This document shows, piece by piece, positions 9,319 to 20,437 of a stretch of 64,000 nucleotides of DNA. The DNA is taken from the NCBI GenBank assembly GCA_918797485.1, contig CAKKNE010000006.1, positions 62,001 through 126,000 of the forward strand. Reading direction: 5' to 3'. A model generated the notes under the pieces. It saw nothing but the letters and a program-made list of their open reading frames with translations, made no database searches and was not told the origin of the DNA. How positions within the stretch are numbered: position 1 is the stretch's first letter; the number at the start of each line of letters is the position of its first letter. The position numbers were made by a program, and so were the translations under genes. This DNA is from Pelagomonas calceolata (lineage: Eukaryota).

Positions 9319-12300
9319 CTACCGCGCCGGCGTGAACGCGTTCTCCTTCGCCGTGGCCGCCGCGCCGTCGAAGCGCACCTTCCGCGCGACGGGCGCCGGC
9401 GGCGAGTTTGCCGCGCGCAGGCCGCGCGGCTTCTCCGCCGCGCGCTCGGCGCGCAGCGCCGCCAGCCGGTCCGACACCGACGGTTTTGGTTTTTCCGGCG
9501 GCACGTACGTATCTAAGGTAACGGTGAGCTCGGCGGCCTCGTCGTCATGCAACGGAAATCCAGCCGTCCCTCTAGGTGACGCCCGCGGCGACTTGCGCGC
9601 CGACGCCCGGAAGGGCGTCCGCCCCAATTCCGCGCGCGCGACGTCGCCCTTGAGCCGCGTCGCCTCGAACTTGGCGTCCTGCAGGTCGGCGCCGGCCTCG
9701 GCGGCGGCGCAGCGCGCGTCGTGCGCTTCCCTCGCGGCAACCGCCGCGGCCATGGTCTTCTCCTGGAGCTGCGCCTCCAGTTGCCGTACGCGGCCGGCGT
9801 ACAACCGCAGCTGGTCCCCATCATCAGATACATCGGCGTCGAGCTGCTTCGAGGCCCGGTCGAGCGCCGCGTTGAGCTTCCGCCGCAGCAGGTCGTACTC
9901 CCGCTCCAGATTACGATGCGAGGCCTCGAGCTTCGCGTCCCGCCCCGACCCGCCGGCCGACGCCGGCGACGCGCGCGACTGGCGCAGGAACGTCGCCTCG
10001 CGCTCGGCCTTGTTGAGGCGCGCGGCGAGCTGCGTCAACTTCGCGTCCTTCTGGCCGAGGATCTCCTTCCCGTAGGCCACGCGCGACTCGAACTGCGACT
10101 TGTCCGCTCGTCTAGCGTCGTGCTCCTTGGCTAATTCGTTCTCGAGCGCCGCGCGCGTCTCGCGCGCCTCTTGCGTCGTGCGCGCGACGGCGTCCTGCAC
10201 GGCCCGTTTCTCGCGCTCCGCCGCTTCAGATAGCGCCGCGTTCATCGCCCGCTCCGCGGCCTCGGCGTCGGCCCGTCGCGCGTGTCCTAATGTACCCTCC
10301 AAAGCCTCCTTCTCCTCCAATAACCGCTGGGCCCGGTCGGCCTCGACGGCCGCCGCGCGAGCTTCCGCCTCGGCCGCCGCCCGCTGCTCGAGCTCCGCGC
10401 GCCACCGCGCCTCCGCGCTCCGGAACCGCGCGCGCTCCTCGTCGACGCGCGCGTCGCAGTCGATTTGGAGTTGGCGCTTCTCGCGCTCGGCGTCGGCGGC
10501 GCGCCGCGCTTCCGCGCGCTGGAGCTCCGCCTCGTAGCGCCGCAATTCGTCCCGCTTCGCCTTCTCGACGGCGTCGCACGACTCCTTCTTCGCGAGACTC
10601 AGCGCCTCCTCGACGCGGGCGTCCCTATCTGATTCGACTTGTGAGACGCGCGCCTCGGCCGCCTGCTCCGCGTCCTTCTTACATGCCTCGAGGAGGCGCT
10701 GGCTTTCAGCACTCGCGGCATCGCGCTCGGCCTTGCGCGTCGCCTCGGCTTCTGAGGCCGCCTTATCCAAGGCCGCGCGCGCGTCGCGGTCCTTTCTTAA
10801 TTCCAAATCGTCCAAGGCCAGTTTGAGTTCCGCGGCGAACCTTTCGGACGCCTCCGCGGCGCGGCGGCGCTCGTCCTCCCTCAACCGGTCCTCGACCTCG
10901 GCGACCTTCTGCTGCTGGGTCTCCAGTGAAGCCGCCTCGTGCGCGCGCCGCGCCTCGCGCAGCTCCTGGGCGTGGGCCTCGGCCAGGGCCTGGAGAGCCG
11001 CCTCCTTGTCGCTTTTGAGCCGCGCCTCGGCCTTGCGCAGCGACGCGTCTCTTTCCAGCGCCGCCTCCTGCGCGGCCTGGTGGACCGCGGCGTCGCGCTC
11101 GGCTTTACACGCGGCGAGGGCGCGCTCGTGGTCGTCCTTCAGGCCCTTGGCGAGCTCCGCCCGTTCGTCGGCCGCGCGCGCCTCGGCCCGCGCCAGCGCC
11201 GCGCGCGCCTCGGCCGTCTTCTCGTCCATGGACACGCCGCGCGCCTCCTCGGCCGCGAGAACTTCATCCCGCAGCCGCGCGACCTCGCCCCTCAAACTTT
11301 GAGCCTCGGCCTGCGCCCTCTCGTCGCGCTCGGCGACGGCTTGGGCAACAGCAGTCTCCTTCGCCTGCTCGGCCTCGGCGGCATCCCTAGCGCGCTCCGC
11401 GTCCCTGGACGCCTTGAGCGACGCCTCCAGCCCCTCCAAAGCACGAGCTTGGGCCTCGTCGCGCCGCCCGTTCGACGCCTCGAGGCGCTCGCACCGCTGC
11501 TCCGCCAATTTCAAATCCTCGCGCGCCGCCTCGGCCAATCGCTTCTGCTCACCGACGTCCCGCGTCCGCTGCAGCTCCAATCTAGCCGCCTGGGCCTTGA
11601 TCGCGCCCGCGTGCGCCTCACTCAAAGCAAAGGCCCGGTCGTCGAAGGCCGCCGCGAGCGCCGCCGCCCGCGCGCGCGCGTCCCAGTCGCTCCTGGCCTC
11701 CGTCTCGGCGATCCGCGCCTCGACCTCGCGCTTGCGCTCGCGCTCGGCCTCGCTCGCGTTGCGCTCGGCCTCCGCTCGTAACGTCGCCTCTAGATCGGCG
11801 AGCTGGCGCTCGGCGGCCTGGGCCACGTCCCTAGCTGCCGCCGCGCGCGCGTCCTCGACGCGCTTCCTATGAGCGTCCCTTGCGGCTCGGAGCTCCGCGT
11901 CGTGCGCGTCGCGCGCGGCTCGGAGCTCGTCTCTGGCTTCCTCGAGGGCAACCTCGAGACCCAACCGGTCGGCGGCCGCCTCGTCGTGACCTAAAGCCAG
12001 GCGCTCGCGCAACTCAGCAGACACCTCGGCGGAGCGAGCCCTCGCACAAGCGTCCGCCGCGGCGAGCGCGTCGTCGCGCGTCGCTATTGCTTCCCTCTGG
12101 GCCCGGTTCAACGCTTCGGTGGTGGCCCGCCGCGCGGCCTCGACGGCGGCGTCCCGCTCCCGCGCCGCCGCCGAGGCCCAGCGCTTCTCCGCGTCGCGGA
12201 TCGCCGCCTCGCGTTCTCTTCTAGCATCATCTAAATCCCGCGCGCGCGCCGCCTCGGCGTCCCTTAATGCAAGGTCATGCTGCGCCACCAACTCCCGTTG

Positions 12301-15300
12301 TAACACCGCCGAGCGCTCCCGTTCACTTTCCACAGCTCTTTCGCCCTGCGCGACGGCCTCGGCTCTCCTAGAATCCGCCTCGGCGCGCGCGGCGTCCAAC
12401 GCCCGTTGCAGCGCCGCATCATGGTCGCGCTTCGCCGCCTGCGCCGCCGCCGTACTTTCGCGCTCCCGCAGCTCGGCGTGGCGCGCCTCGAGCTCCGCCC
12501 TGACTTCGGCCTCCCTCCTGGACGCGTCCTTCGCCAGCTGGCGCTCGCGCTCGGCGGCCTGCTGCTCGACGGCCGCGACAGCGCTCTCCAATTTAGCTTC
12601 GGCCTCGGCTCGGACCGACGCGATCTGCGCGCCCGCGTTCGTCGACGACGTCGCGGCGTCGGCCTCGATCGCGTCCAGCCGCGCTCGTAACGCATTCTCC
12701 GACCGGGCCCGATCCGACACGCAGCGCGCGACGGCCGCGTCCCTTGCGAGGTCGCCCTGCTCCTGGGCTTTTCGGGCCGCGCGCTCGACCTCCCTCACCT
12801 GGTCGGCCTCGAGCTTCTTGGTTTTCTGGAGGGTGTCTTGCTCCTTTTCAGATAAAGCGCGCTGGACGGCACGCTCTTGCGCTTCATTCAATTCACGCTG
12901 CACCCGTTCCAAAGTCTGGGCGGCCTCGTCCTTACAGGCCTCGAGGGCCGCGTTGCTGCGGGCCTGCTCATCTTCCACGGCTTTTTTCGCGGCCCCTTTG
13001 AACTTCTCGAGTCGCTCGGAAGCTTTCTGGCGCGCATCCGAAGCGTCGGCGTCGCGCCGCGTCCGCAACGCATTCAGCGCCTCCTCGTGGGCGGCGTCGC
13101 GGTCCTTCAGCGCACACCGCAGGTCCTCGTCGAACTTGCGGCCCGCGTCCAACGCGGCCTTCGCTTGAGCAGCTTCGCCCCGGCTCTTCTCGGCGGCGAT
13201 GGCCTGGGCTACGGCCTTGGCTAATTGATCTTGCGCGTCTTTCGCCTGCTCGTCGAGCGCTTGCGCGTGGCGCGTCCGCAACGCATCGACGTCCTCCAAG
13301 GACCGTTTGGCGGCGTCGCTCGTCGCCTCTTTGAAAAGAGTGCGGTGCTGCTCGGCGGCCTCCTCGCCGCGCTTCCGTTCGGACGCGAGCTCTTCCTGCG
13401 CCGCCGCGAGCTCGCGTCTCACGGTTTCCGAGTCGGCTCGGGCGGCCTCGAGCTCCCTTAAAGCCTTATCTCGCGACGTGTCGCCGTCGGCGGCGAGGGC
13501 CTTGAAGCGCGCTTCCTGGGACGAGATGCGCTCCGCGGCCTCGCGTTCCACTTTGGCGGTCGTCTCCGCGACTAATCTTTGCTTCTCCGTCTCAAATTTA
13601 TTGAGGGTCCGTTGTTCATCGATGGCGTTTCGAGCTCGCTCCGCCGTCTGCGCCGCCAAGGCCGCGTCGGCGCAGAGCCGTTTGGCCAGCGGCGCCGCGG
13701 CGCGCTCGCGCTCCGCATGCACCAAAGCCTGCGCCTCGACGGCCTCGACGGCCTCCTGGAGCCGTTGGGACAAATCGTCGCGCTCCTTGGCGAACTTGGC
13801 TTTCAGGGAGGCGGCGTGCTTGGAGGCTTCGTCTTTGACAGCAGCGACGGCCTCGGCGCGCTCGGCCTCGCACGTCTCGACCAGGTTCTTCTGCGACGCC
13901 TGAGAAGAAGCCTGGGCCTTCTTGAGGGCCTCGGCGGCGGCGGCCTTGAACTTGGCGAGGCGATCTTCACTCCTCTTCTCGGCCTCGCGCAACAACGCGT
14001 CGCTCTTTTCGGACGCGGCCGCGGCGTCGCGCGCCGCCGTCGCCTTCAGCGAGGCCGTTTCCGCCCGCGCTTCGGCGAGGGCCTTGACCAGGTCCGAGTG
14101 CTTCTGGTCCACGCTCTCGAGCTCGCCCTGCAATCTCCGCGCGTCCGAGTCGCGGCGCTTCCGCAGCTCCTCGACCTCCGAAGCTTGGCGCTCCAGCTCC
14201 GACGTGGCGCGCTCCGCGGCGCGCGCGCGCTCCAGTGCTTTTGATAGAGCTTCATCGTGCTCGCTCGTCTTCGCGTCGAGCTTCTCGGCCAGGTTCGAGG
14301 CGTGCGCCTCGCGGAGCTCGCGCCGCTCGTCGCGAAACTTCGCCTCGAGGTCCGCGACGGCCCGGGCCTTCTCCTCGCGCAGCGCACCGAGCTCCTTTTG
14401 GAGCGTGGCCAGGCGCTCGTCCGTCGACGACGCGCTCTCATTCCTCAAAGCTTCGGCGCGCCGCGCGTCCTCCTGCGCCGCCGCCAGGGCCCGCTTCGCG
14501 GCCTGGGCCTCGCGCGCGGCCTCGGAGGCCTTCACCGCGGCCTCCGACGCGCGGTCTTCCGCGGCCGCCTCGCGCTGCGCCGCGGCCCGGGCCTCGGCGC
14601 GGGCCGCGTCGGCGTCGGCGGCGCGGCCCTGGGCCTCCTGGCGCGCCTGGCGCGCGGCGCCGCCGGCAGCCTCGGCGAGGTCCCGCAACTTGCGCGCCTC
14701 GCCGTCGCGCAGCGCGTCGAGCGCGTCGCGCGCCGCGGCGGCGGCCGCGTCCCTATCCAAAGCGGCCTGCGCCTCGAGGCGGCTCCGCGCGCGCTCGGCG
14801 GCGGCGAGGGCCGCGTCGGCGTCGGCGCGCAGGGCCGCGGCCGCGCGCGCGTCGTCCGTCGTACTGTGTAAAGAGCGCTCGAGGGCCGCCTCGCGGGCCT
14901 GCGCGTCGTCGGCGCGGCGCGCGGCGGCGGCTACATCGGCCTTGCACTTGGCGATGTCCGTCTTCGCCTTCTGGAGCGAGCGCTCGTAGCTCGCGCACAT
15001 GCGCTGGGCGTCGTCGCGCTCCGCTTCCAGGGTTGAGACCTGGGCCGGGTCGAGCTTTGATAATTGGTCCTCGGCCTTGGCCAGCGCGTCGCGGAGCCGC
15101 TCGACGTCGCCGCGCGCCACGGAGGCGTCGGCTAGGGACGTCCCGTCGTCGTTGACGGAGGCGCCCTCGGCCGCGCGCGCGCGGGCGCCGAGCTCGGCGG
15201 CGTCGGCGCGGAGCTTTTCGGCCTCCTGCGACGCCTGCGCCGCCGTCGCCGTCGCCGCGTCGCGCTCCTGGGCCGCGTCCCGCAGCGCCACGGTCGCGTC

Positions 15301-16518
15301 GGCCAGCTTCTGCTTGCACGCGTCGAGCTCGGCGGCCCGGGCCTCGAGCGCGTCGCGCTCGGCCTCGGCGCGCCGCAGCTTCTGCTCGGCCGCCGTCGCC
15401 TGGGCCTCGGCGCGCTTCAGCTCCAGGGACGCGTCCTCCGTGGCCCGCAGCTTCTCGCGCGCGTCTCTTAATCGCCGCTCGGCGGCCGCGCCGGCCTCGG
15501 CGCGCGGCCGCAACACGTCGAGCTCGTCGGCCTGCGCCTTCGCGCGCGCTTCCGCGGCGTCCGCTCTAGCTTCGGCGCCGCGCGCGCGCTTCTCGGCGGC
15601 CTGGATCTCGCTCTTGGCCTGCTGCGTCGTCTGGCCCTCCTCGGCGTCGCGCCGCTTGCTCTGGTCGAGCGCGCGGACCTCGGCCTGCAGCGCGCGCTCG
15701 CGCTCGGCGTCGCGCTCGGCCTCGAGCGTCGTGAGGCGCGCCTCGAGCTCGGCCTGCGCCTCGCGGGCGGCGCGCGCCTCGGCCTTGGCGCGGGCGCAGG
15801 CCTCGCGCTCCTCGGCGAGGGCCCTTGCTGCGGCCGCCGCTCGGCCTGTGTGGATGACCCGTGAGTGAGTTCGACGCCTACGCCCTCGACACGACGCCTG
15901 CTCGACGGCTCGACCCACCTCCACGCCATCGATGTCCACGTCCGTCCAATAAAGAAGGTCCATGGACGCCGCGCACGCACCGGCGCTCTCGGGCGCGCGC
16001 GGCGACCGGGACGCCTGCGCGAAGCTCAGGCGCTTCGCTCCTGGCGAGGCCTTCCGGTTCGCCGCGTCGAGCGGCTTGCGCTGGCCGGACTGGGCCTCGC
16101 GCTCCGCGGCCATCTGCGCCTTCATCGCGCCCATGAGCTGCTGCTGCTGCGCCTGCGGCAGGCGCAGGATGCGCTGGATGTAGGCGCCGCGCTTGCTCGA
16201 CTTGTCGCAGCACGCCGCGCAGTAGAGCAGGATCTCCACGGCGGCCGTCGCTTCCGCGCCCGTCGGGTTCGTCGTGATCGGCCAGCGCTCGTACGCCGCC
16301 TCGGAGAACTTGCGAGCGAGTTGTTTCGCCTGGCCCCACTCGCCGCCCGGGGCGCAAGCCTTGGGCGACGCGTGGCCGCCGTCCTCCTCGACGATGGCCC
16401 GCGCGGCCTTGCCCACGATCGAGACGGCCGCCGGGCCGCCGTCTCGGAGCTTGTGCGGCGCGCCCTTCTCTACCACGGTGCCGAGCCACGCTTCTAGGGC
16501 GGTGGTGCGGTCCGCCAT
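9319..16518 (-). CDS. Giant coiled-coil protein with HOOK-like N-terminal domain; probable in-frame intron 15846-15980
   Basis: 2399-codon ORF. ILLYCAACC...YIQRILRL...QQQLM resembles the HOOK domain; over 2000 aa of Ala/Glu/Arg heptads follow. Confidence 0.85.
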   Translation of the reverse strand: MADRTTALEAWLGTVVEKGAPHKLRDGGPAAVSIVGKAARAIVEEDGGHASPKACAPGGEWGQAKQLARKFSEAAYERWPITTNPTGAEATAAVEILLYCAACCDKSSKRGAYIQRILRLPQAQQQQLMGAMKAQMAAEREAQSGQRKPLDAANRKASPGAKRLSFAQASRSPRAPESAGACAASMDLLYWTDVDIDGVEVGRAVEQASCRGRRRRTHSRVIHTGRAAAAARALAEEREACARAKAEARAAREAQAELEARLTTLEAERDAERERALQAEVRALDQSKRRDAEEGQTTQQAKSEIQAAEKRARGAEARADAAEARAKAQADELDVLRPRAEAGAAAERRLRDAREKLRATEDASLELKRAEAQATAAEQKLRRAEAERDALEARAAELDACKQKLADATVALRDAAQERDAATATAAQASQEAEKLRADAAELGARARAAEGASVNDDGTSLADASVARGDVERLRDALAKAEDQLSKLDPAQVSTLEAERDDAQRMCASYERSLQKAKTDIAKCKADVAAAARRADDAQAREAALERSLHSTTDDARAAAALRADADAALAAAERARSRLEAQAALDRDAAAAAARDALDALRDGEARKLRDLAEAAGGAARQARQEAQGRAADADAARAEARAAAQREAAAEDRASEAAVKASEAAREAQAAKRALAAAQEDARRAEALRNESASSTDERLATLQKELGALREEKARAVADLEAKFRDERRELREAHASNLAEKLDAKTSEHDEALSKALERARAAERATSELERQASEVEELRKRRDSDARRLQGELESVDQKHSDLVKALAEARAETASLKATAARDAAAASEKSDALLREAEKRSEDRLAKFKAAAAEALKKAQASSQASQKNLVETCEAERAEAVAAVKDEASKHAASLKAKFAKERDDLSQRLQEAVEAVEAQALVHAERERAAAPLAKRLCADAALAAQTAERARNAIDEQRTLNKFETEKQRLVAETTAKVEREAAERISSQEARFKALAADGDTSRDKALRELEAARADSETVRRELAAAQEELASERKRGEEAAEQHRTLFKEATSDAAKRSLEDVDALRTRHAQALDEQAKDAQDQLAKAVAQAIAAEKSRGEAAQAKAALDAGRKFDEDLRCALKDRDAAHEEALNALRTRRDADASDARQKASERLEKFKGAAKKAVEDEQARSNAALEACKDEAAQTLERVQRELNEAQERAVQRALSEKEQDTLQKTKKLEADQVREVERAARKAQEQGDLARDAAVARCVSDRARSENALRARLDAIEADAATSSTNAGAQIASVRAEAEAKLESAVAAVEQQAAERERQLAKDASRREAEVRAELEARHAELRERESTAAAQAAKRDHDAALQRALDAARAEADSRRAEAVAQGERAVESERERSAVLQRELVAQHDLALRDAEAARARDLDDARREREAAIRDAEKRWASAAARERDAAVEAARRATTEALNRAQREAIATRDDALAAADACARARSAEVSAELRERLALGHDEAAADRLGLEVALEEARDELRAARDAHDAELRAARDAHRKRVEDARAAAARDVAQAAERQLADLEATLRAEAERNASEAERERKREVEARIAETEARSDWDARARAAALAAAFDDRAFALSEAHAGAIKAQAARLELQRTRDVGEQKRLAEAAREDLKLAEQRCERLEASNGRRDEAQARALEGLEASLKASRDAERARDAAEAEQAKETAVAQAVAERDERAQAEAQSLRGEVARLRDEVLAAEEARGVSMDEKTAEARAALARAEARAADERAELAKGLKDDHERALAACKAERDAAVHQAAQEAALERDASLRKAEARLKSDKEAALQALAEAHAQELREARRAHEAASLETQQQKVAEVEDRLREDERRRAAEASERFAAELKLALDDLELRKDRDARAALDKAASEAEATRKAERDAASAESQRLLEACKKDAEQAAEARVSQVESDRDARVEEALSLAKKESCDAVEKAKRDELRRYEAELQRAEARRAADAEREKRQLQIDCDARVDEERARFRSAEARWRAELEQRAAAEAEARAAAVEADRAQRLLEEKEALEGTLGHARRADAEAAERAMNAALSEAAEREKRAVQDAVARTTQEARETRAALENELAKEHDARRADKSQFESRVAYGKEILGQKDAKLTQLAARLNKAEREATFLRQSRASPASAGGSGRDAKLEASHRNLEREYDLLRRKLNAALDRASKQLDADVSDDGDQLRLYAGRVRQLEAQLQEKTMAAAVAAREAHDARCAAAEAGADLQDAKFEATRLKGDVARAELGRTPFRASARKSPRASPRGTAGFPLHDDEAAELTVTLDTYVPPEKPKPSVSDRLAALRAERAAEKPRGLRAANSPPAPVARKVRFDGAAATAKENAFTPAR
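15846..15980 (-). mobile_element. Decayed introner-like intron (135 nt, in frame)
   Basis: GTGCGT donor; acceptor end TCCACACAG matches the family B TIR. Internal ACGCCTGCTCGA and CACGCCATCGA words are shared with other copies. The read-through peptide is out of character with the host protein. Confidence 0.7.
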
Positions 16519-16545
16519 GTTAGTTGTGTTCTTTTTGGTGCGCGC

Positions 16546-16611
16546 GGCGCGGTTTAGTCGCTGCGCCGCGCGGTTTAGTCGCTGGCGCCGCGCGGTTTAG
16601 GCGCTGCGCCG
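16546..16611. repeat. Three tandem ~21-bp units GCGCGGTTTAG(T/G)CGCTG(G)CGCC
   Basis: Seen directly, just upstream of ATG 16518(-). Confidence 0.8.
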
Positions 16612-16785
16612 CGTCTCCTCTTTAGAGCAACGGTGCTCGAAACCCCCGCCGCAGATCGCCGCGTCGCGCTCCGTCGGCCCCGCCTGGTAAAAAGCGCAGC
16701 GCTGGAGGCCGTCCGCGGTCTACAATAGCCCGTAGCGCCGCAGCTAGGCGACAAAACTGGCATTCGCAACTACCATTTTTTTTTT

Positions 16786-16808
16786 GCTAGTGTCTTACGG
16801 CCGCTAGC
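16786..16808 (+). promoter_or_regulatory. CTAG-bounded upstream motif
   Basis: GCTAGTGTCTTACGGCCGCTAGC between divergent genes (16518- and 17222+). Confidence 0.7.
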
Positions 16809-17221
16809 GTCTGCGTTGCGTCTTTTGCATGGATTGCTCCCAAACCTTCTGCTTGATCCGTGAACGGCTTCAGAGACCTTTCCAGCGGCCGACAAGCGGC
16901 CTTGGCAAAAGCTGGAGCAAGGCTGCTTTGCGTGCCAGTGCCGGCTCACACAAAGAGCGGTGGGAAGTACGCATCCCGTCGCATTCGTCTCTGGTTACAT
17001 CCGTCCGGCAGCTGCATCACTTTCGCGCGGACGCAACACGGTGCCGCTGCATTCAGACCGGCTGCACTGCTGCAGCACTCGCATCGCTGCTCCGTTACGC
17101 GCCGTCGCTGCGCCGTTGCACGCAATCGCTGCGAAACGCCATCGCTGCGCCGTTTGCACGCCATCGCTGCGCGCCAAAGCACGCCATCACTTGGAAACCA
17201 CACGCATAACTCGCAACAACC

Positions 17222-17524
17222 ATGGGCCTCGGCGATGCGGTCAGCCAGATCCTGGCCAAGGACGTCGCGGCGCCGGATCCCGTGCTCGCGAAGCGCAAGA
17301 CGGCGCTGATGAAGGAGCTCGAGGTCGACCAGAAACAGGAGCAAAAGAAGAAGAAGCGGCGCAAGGAGGAGGCGGCCGCGAAGCAGCGGCGCGCCGACGC
17401 GCAGCGCGAGGCCGACAGCGTCGTGAAGGAGAAGCAGCTCCGCAAGACGGCGACGCGCGCGGTCGTGGCGCTCTTCAACGCCGTCGCGAAGCATCAGCAC
17501 CCCGACGACTTCCAGGACCGATGA
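17222..17524 (+). CDS. RRP15: RRP15-like ribosome biogenesis protein (short)
   Basis: EKQLRKTATRAVVALFNAVAKHQ matches the Rrp15 family motif. Confidence 0.75.
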   Translation: MGLGDAVSQILAKDVAAPDPVLAKRKTALMKELEVDQKQEQKKKKRRKEEAAAKQRRADAQREADSVVKEKQLRKTATRAVVALFNAVAKHQHPDDFQDR

Positions 17525-17776
17525 CCGGCGCGTCGCGCGGCGTCTCTACGGTCTTACGCGGGAACGGGGACGATCATTTAACACACCGACGCCTCTGACG
17601 AACACAACACAAAAAACTGATATAATGAGGCCGAGTTCCGCTCTGATTTTGCCGTTTCCCCCCGGGCGCGCACCTACGCGACGCACAACGGGTCCGCGCG
17701 CAGGTCAATCTCTCTCGCGCGCGCGCCTGGCAGTCGTCTGAAAGTAAGTATCGATGTTGTGAGCACTAGGAACACA

Positions 17777-18475
17777 TCATCGCAACTTACTCGTCGCCGC
17801 CAGGACCCCGAGCGCGCGCACGCAATGGCGGTCCTTGGGCCGCTCGGCGCGGCACCACGTCGCCGCCGCAGCACCCAAGGACTGGTCCTCGCGGACGACG
17901 AGCGGCACCTGGCTGCCCTCGTACTGGACGACGACGACGTCCTCGACGGCGCCCGTGCCCCTGCCGACGTCCTTCACGTGCGCCGTCGCGGCCTCGAGGA
18001 CCGGCGCCTTCTTCTCCTCGAGGCGCCGCCGCGGCTCCGGCTCGGGCTCGGGCTCGGGCTCGGGCGCGAAGAAGAGGGCCCGCGTCTGCTCGACGGCGGC
18101 TTCATAGCCCGCCCGGCAGTGGTCCCAGTTTTGGGCCGAGGTGCAGGGCCGCCCCCGCTGGTCGTAGACGTCGCGCGGCCGCGCGCCGGGGTGCCACTCG
18201 GCGCCGTTCGCCGCCGCCACGCAACTGTCGAAGCACTCGTCCGTCACGCCGCGATTGAACGCCGCGAGGCAGGAATTCGACGCCTCCGAGCGCTTCTGCG
18301 CCGCGAGCGTGCGCGTGCGCTTCGCGCAGAGAGTCTGCGCGTGGAGCCGCCGATGCACCGTCTTGCAGTCGGCGCGGCACTCCGCGTCCGGGTCCTCCCT
18401 TACGACCGCCGCGGCCATGTCGTGGCTCGCACCAGCTGTGAGAGCCGGCAGGAGCAGCCATCTTATGAGTGGCAT
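17777..18475 (-). CDS. Secreted Cys-containing protein; 3' end may continue past a GTAAGT..TTTCAG intron (17738-17790)
   Basis: Signal peptide MPLIRWLLLPALTAGA, spaced cysteines and a (PE)n linker. Confidence 0.65.
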   Translation of the reverse strand: MPLIRWLLLPALTAGASHDMAAAVVREDPDAECRADCKTVHRRLHAQTLCAKRTRTLAAQKRSEASNSCLAAFNRGVTDECFDSCVAAANGAEWHPGARPRDVYDQRGRPCTSAQNWDHCRAGYEAAVEQTRALFFAPEPEPEPEPEPRRRLEEKKAPVLEAATAHVKDVGRGTGAVEDVVVVQYEGSQVPLVVREDQSLGAAAATWCRAERPKDRHCVRALGVLAATSKLR

Positions 18476-19018
18476 GGTGTGGCCCCGCGGCTGCCTCTGT
18501 GTAGCACTGCCCTCCTTGGGCTGCCTCTCTGTGGTAGCTGCCCTACGTTCCTTGGGCTGCCTCTGCGGTAGCGCTGCCCGCGGCGACGGCGTGGGGCTTG
18601 TCCGGCACGAGACGTGGCGCAGCCGCACGCTTTCGTGAGCCCTGGTTTCACGCACAGCGCGGCCCCCAGCGGCTTTGTCTTTTGTGAGGGCGCTCTCCCG
18701 GCCGGATCGCTGGCGGGCGTTCGGAGGACGTCTTTTGCCGCGCGAGGCGTCGCTGTGGACGGGTGTTGAGTGGAGTTTTTGCTCCCTAGTATCTCTACCT
18801 AATGTCTCACTGTCCAGCGCGGTGTATTTTTGCCCGCTACACACTATTATTTATGAACGGTGCGCGTCCTGTGCATTATTCTTGAGCGGTGCAACCAGCG
18901 AGCAGCAGCGTTTGCAGCAATTCGAGCTGTGTGCAAAATAGTACCGCTGTGCCCCTGTGAGAGCTGCTTGGCGGACGCCGCGAGCCGAGCGTACGAAACG
19001 GTCGAAGCAGCACGATAA

Positions 19019-20263
19019 ATGGCGCTCCCCGGCGACGACCAGCACCGGCACCTCTGGCAGACGTTCCTGCAGAGCGACGCGGGCCACGCCGGGCTCGAGA
19101 AGCAGCACCAGGAAGAAACCGACCTGCACCGCGCGGACTACAAGGCGCGCATCAAGCCGATTCAATTACGGGAGTTGGCCGACGCGCTCGAAGGCTGCTC
19201 ACGCGACGTGAAGCGCGCCGTGGCCCCCTTGCTAGAATACGAGTGCGTCCACCATATTTTGTATGGGGTGCTCGTGAGCTGCCACGTGAAAAATGTGGAC
19301 TTCTCCGACCACCTCCAGTCCCACTCCATCCGCAAGCAGCTCGAGCAGCTCGCGGAGGACGTCCGCATCAATGCACAGAATGGCGTCGACGTCGACGGCG
19401 AGTACTGGGCGGGCGTCACTCGGAAGCTGAACGCGACGGAGCACGCGACGCGGTTTGTCGACCTGCAGACCTTCTGCGACGCCCTGAATCAAGGAAATGC
19501 GACGCTGGCGGTCGCGCGCCAGAAGTGGGACGAGGGTCTGTACGAGGCGGCCTTGGAGCGCTACGAGGGCGGCGCGTCGGCGCTCGAGTTCCTGCGCGTG
19601 CGCAACGCCGACGACGCGGCGAAACTTTCAGAATTACAGACGCGCTTCTTCCGCAACGCCGCGGCCTGCGCTTTAAAATTAGACAAGTGGTGCCTCGCGC
19701 AGAGGCTCTGCCGGAAGGCGCTGGCGATCGATCCCGACGACGTTCGCGCGCGCTACAAGCTCGGCGTCGCCTACGCGCGGCGGGGCGACGCCGTCCGCGC
19801 GGACGCGTGCTTCGCGGCGATCGTCGCGGCGGGCGACGAAGGTGCCGAGGCGGCGGCGCGCGAGCGCGTCAAGCTGAGGGAGCGGGCCGCGCCGACCTTC
19901 GAGCACGGGTTCCTGGGCCGCGGCGCCTTCTCGGAGGGCCGCGTATCCGCTGATGACGAGGGTCTCCGGCGGAGGCTGGCCGCGCGGCTCTGCGTCGACG
20001 GCGACGGGCCCGTCTTGGACCGCGACGCCGTCGTCGAGCTCCAGCGGCGGACGCTGGAGCTGTATCGGTCGCCGGCGTTCCGCGACGTTCCAAAAGATGA
20101 TATATGTGCGCTCGACGCATTCCGGGCTGATTTACTAGGGGAATTTGGCTTCGTCGGCGAGCGCGGCGCGCGGGCGGCCGAGCGGGCCGTGGCGCGGTTT
20201 CTCGAGGACGAGGAGGTGTTTGCGAATGCGAAGCGGTTGTTCGAGCTTTGTAGTGGTGTGTAA
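19019..20263 (+). CDS. TPR-repeat protein
   Basis: TPR-like helices (YEAALERY..., RNAAACALKL..., KALAIDPDDVRARYKLG). Confidence 0.8.
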   Translation: MALPGDDQHRHLWQTFLQSDAGHAGLEKQHQEETDLHRADYKARIKPIQLRELADALEGCSRDVKRAVAPLLEYECVHHILYGVLVSCHVKNVDFSDHLQSHSIRKQLEQLAEDVRINAQNGVDVDGEYWAGVTRKLNATEHATRFVDLQTFCDALNQGNATLAVARQKWDEGLYEAALERYEGGASALEFLRVRNADDAAKLSELQTRFFRNAAACALKLDKWCLAQRLCRKALAIDPDDVRARYKLGVAYARRGDAVRADACFAAIVAAGDEGAEAAARERVKLRERAAPTFEHGFLGRGAFSEGRVSADDEGLRRRLAARLCVDGDGPVLDRDAVVELQRRTLELYRSPAFRDVPKDDICALDAFRADLLGEFGFVGERGARAAERAVARFLEDEEVFANAKRLFELCSGV

Positions 20264-20437
20264 TTTGTTTCTTTTTTCTTCACGGGTTTTGCTGCTCGAA
20301 CAGAGGTGAAGTAGCCTGTCGCGCAATTGCTAGGGCCGGGCATTTTTATTCTGCGGCGTCAAAGCCTCCGCGCTGTGAGATAGATACCGATCCAGTGGCC
20401 TAGCTCAGTGACTTAGGCCAGTCTGCACTCAGAGAGC

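Noticed and set aside
9332..16600. Many 100-350 aa ORFs overlapping the giant coiled-coil gene, and similar ones over other genes
   Set aside because: Antisense or alternate-frame shadows expected from GC3-rich codons; the peptides are Arg/Ala/Ser low-complexity.
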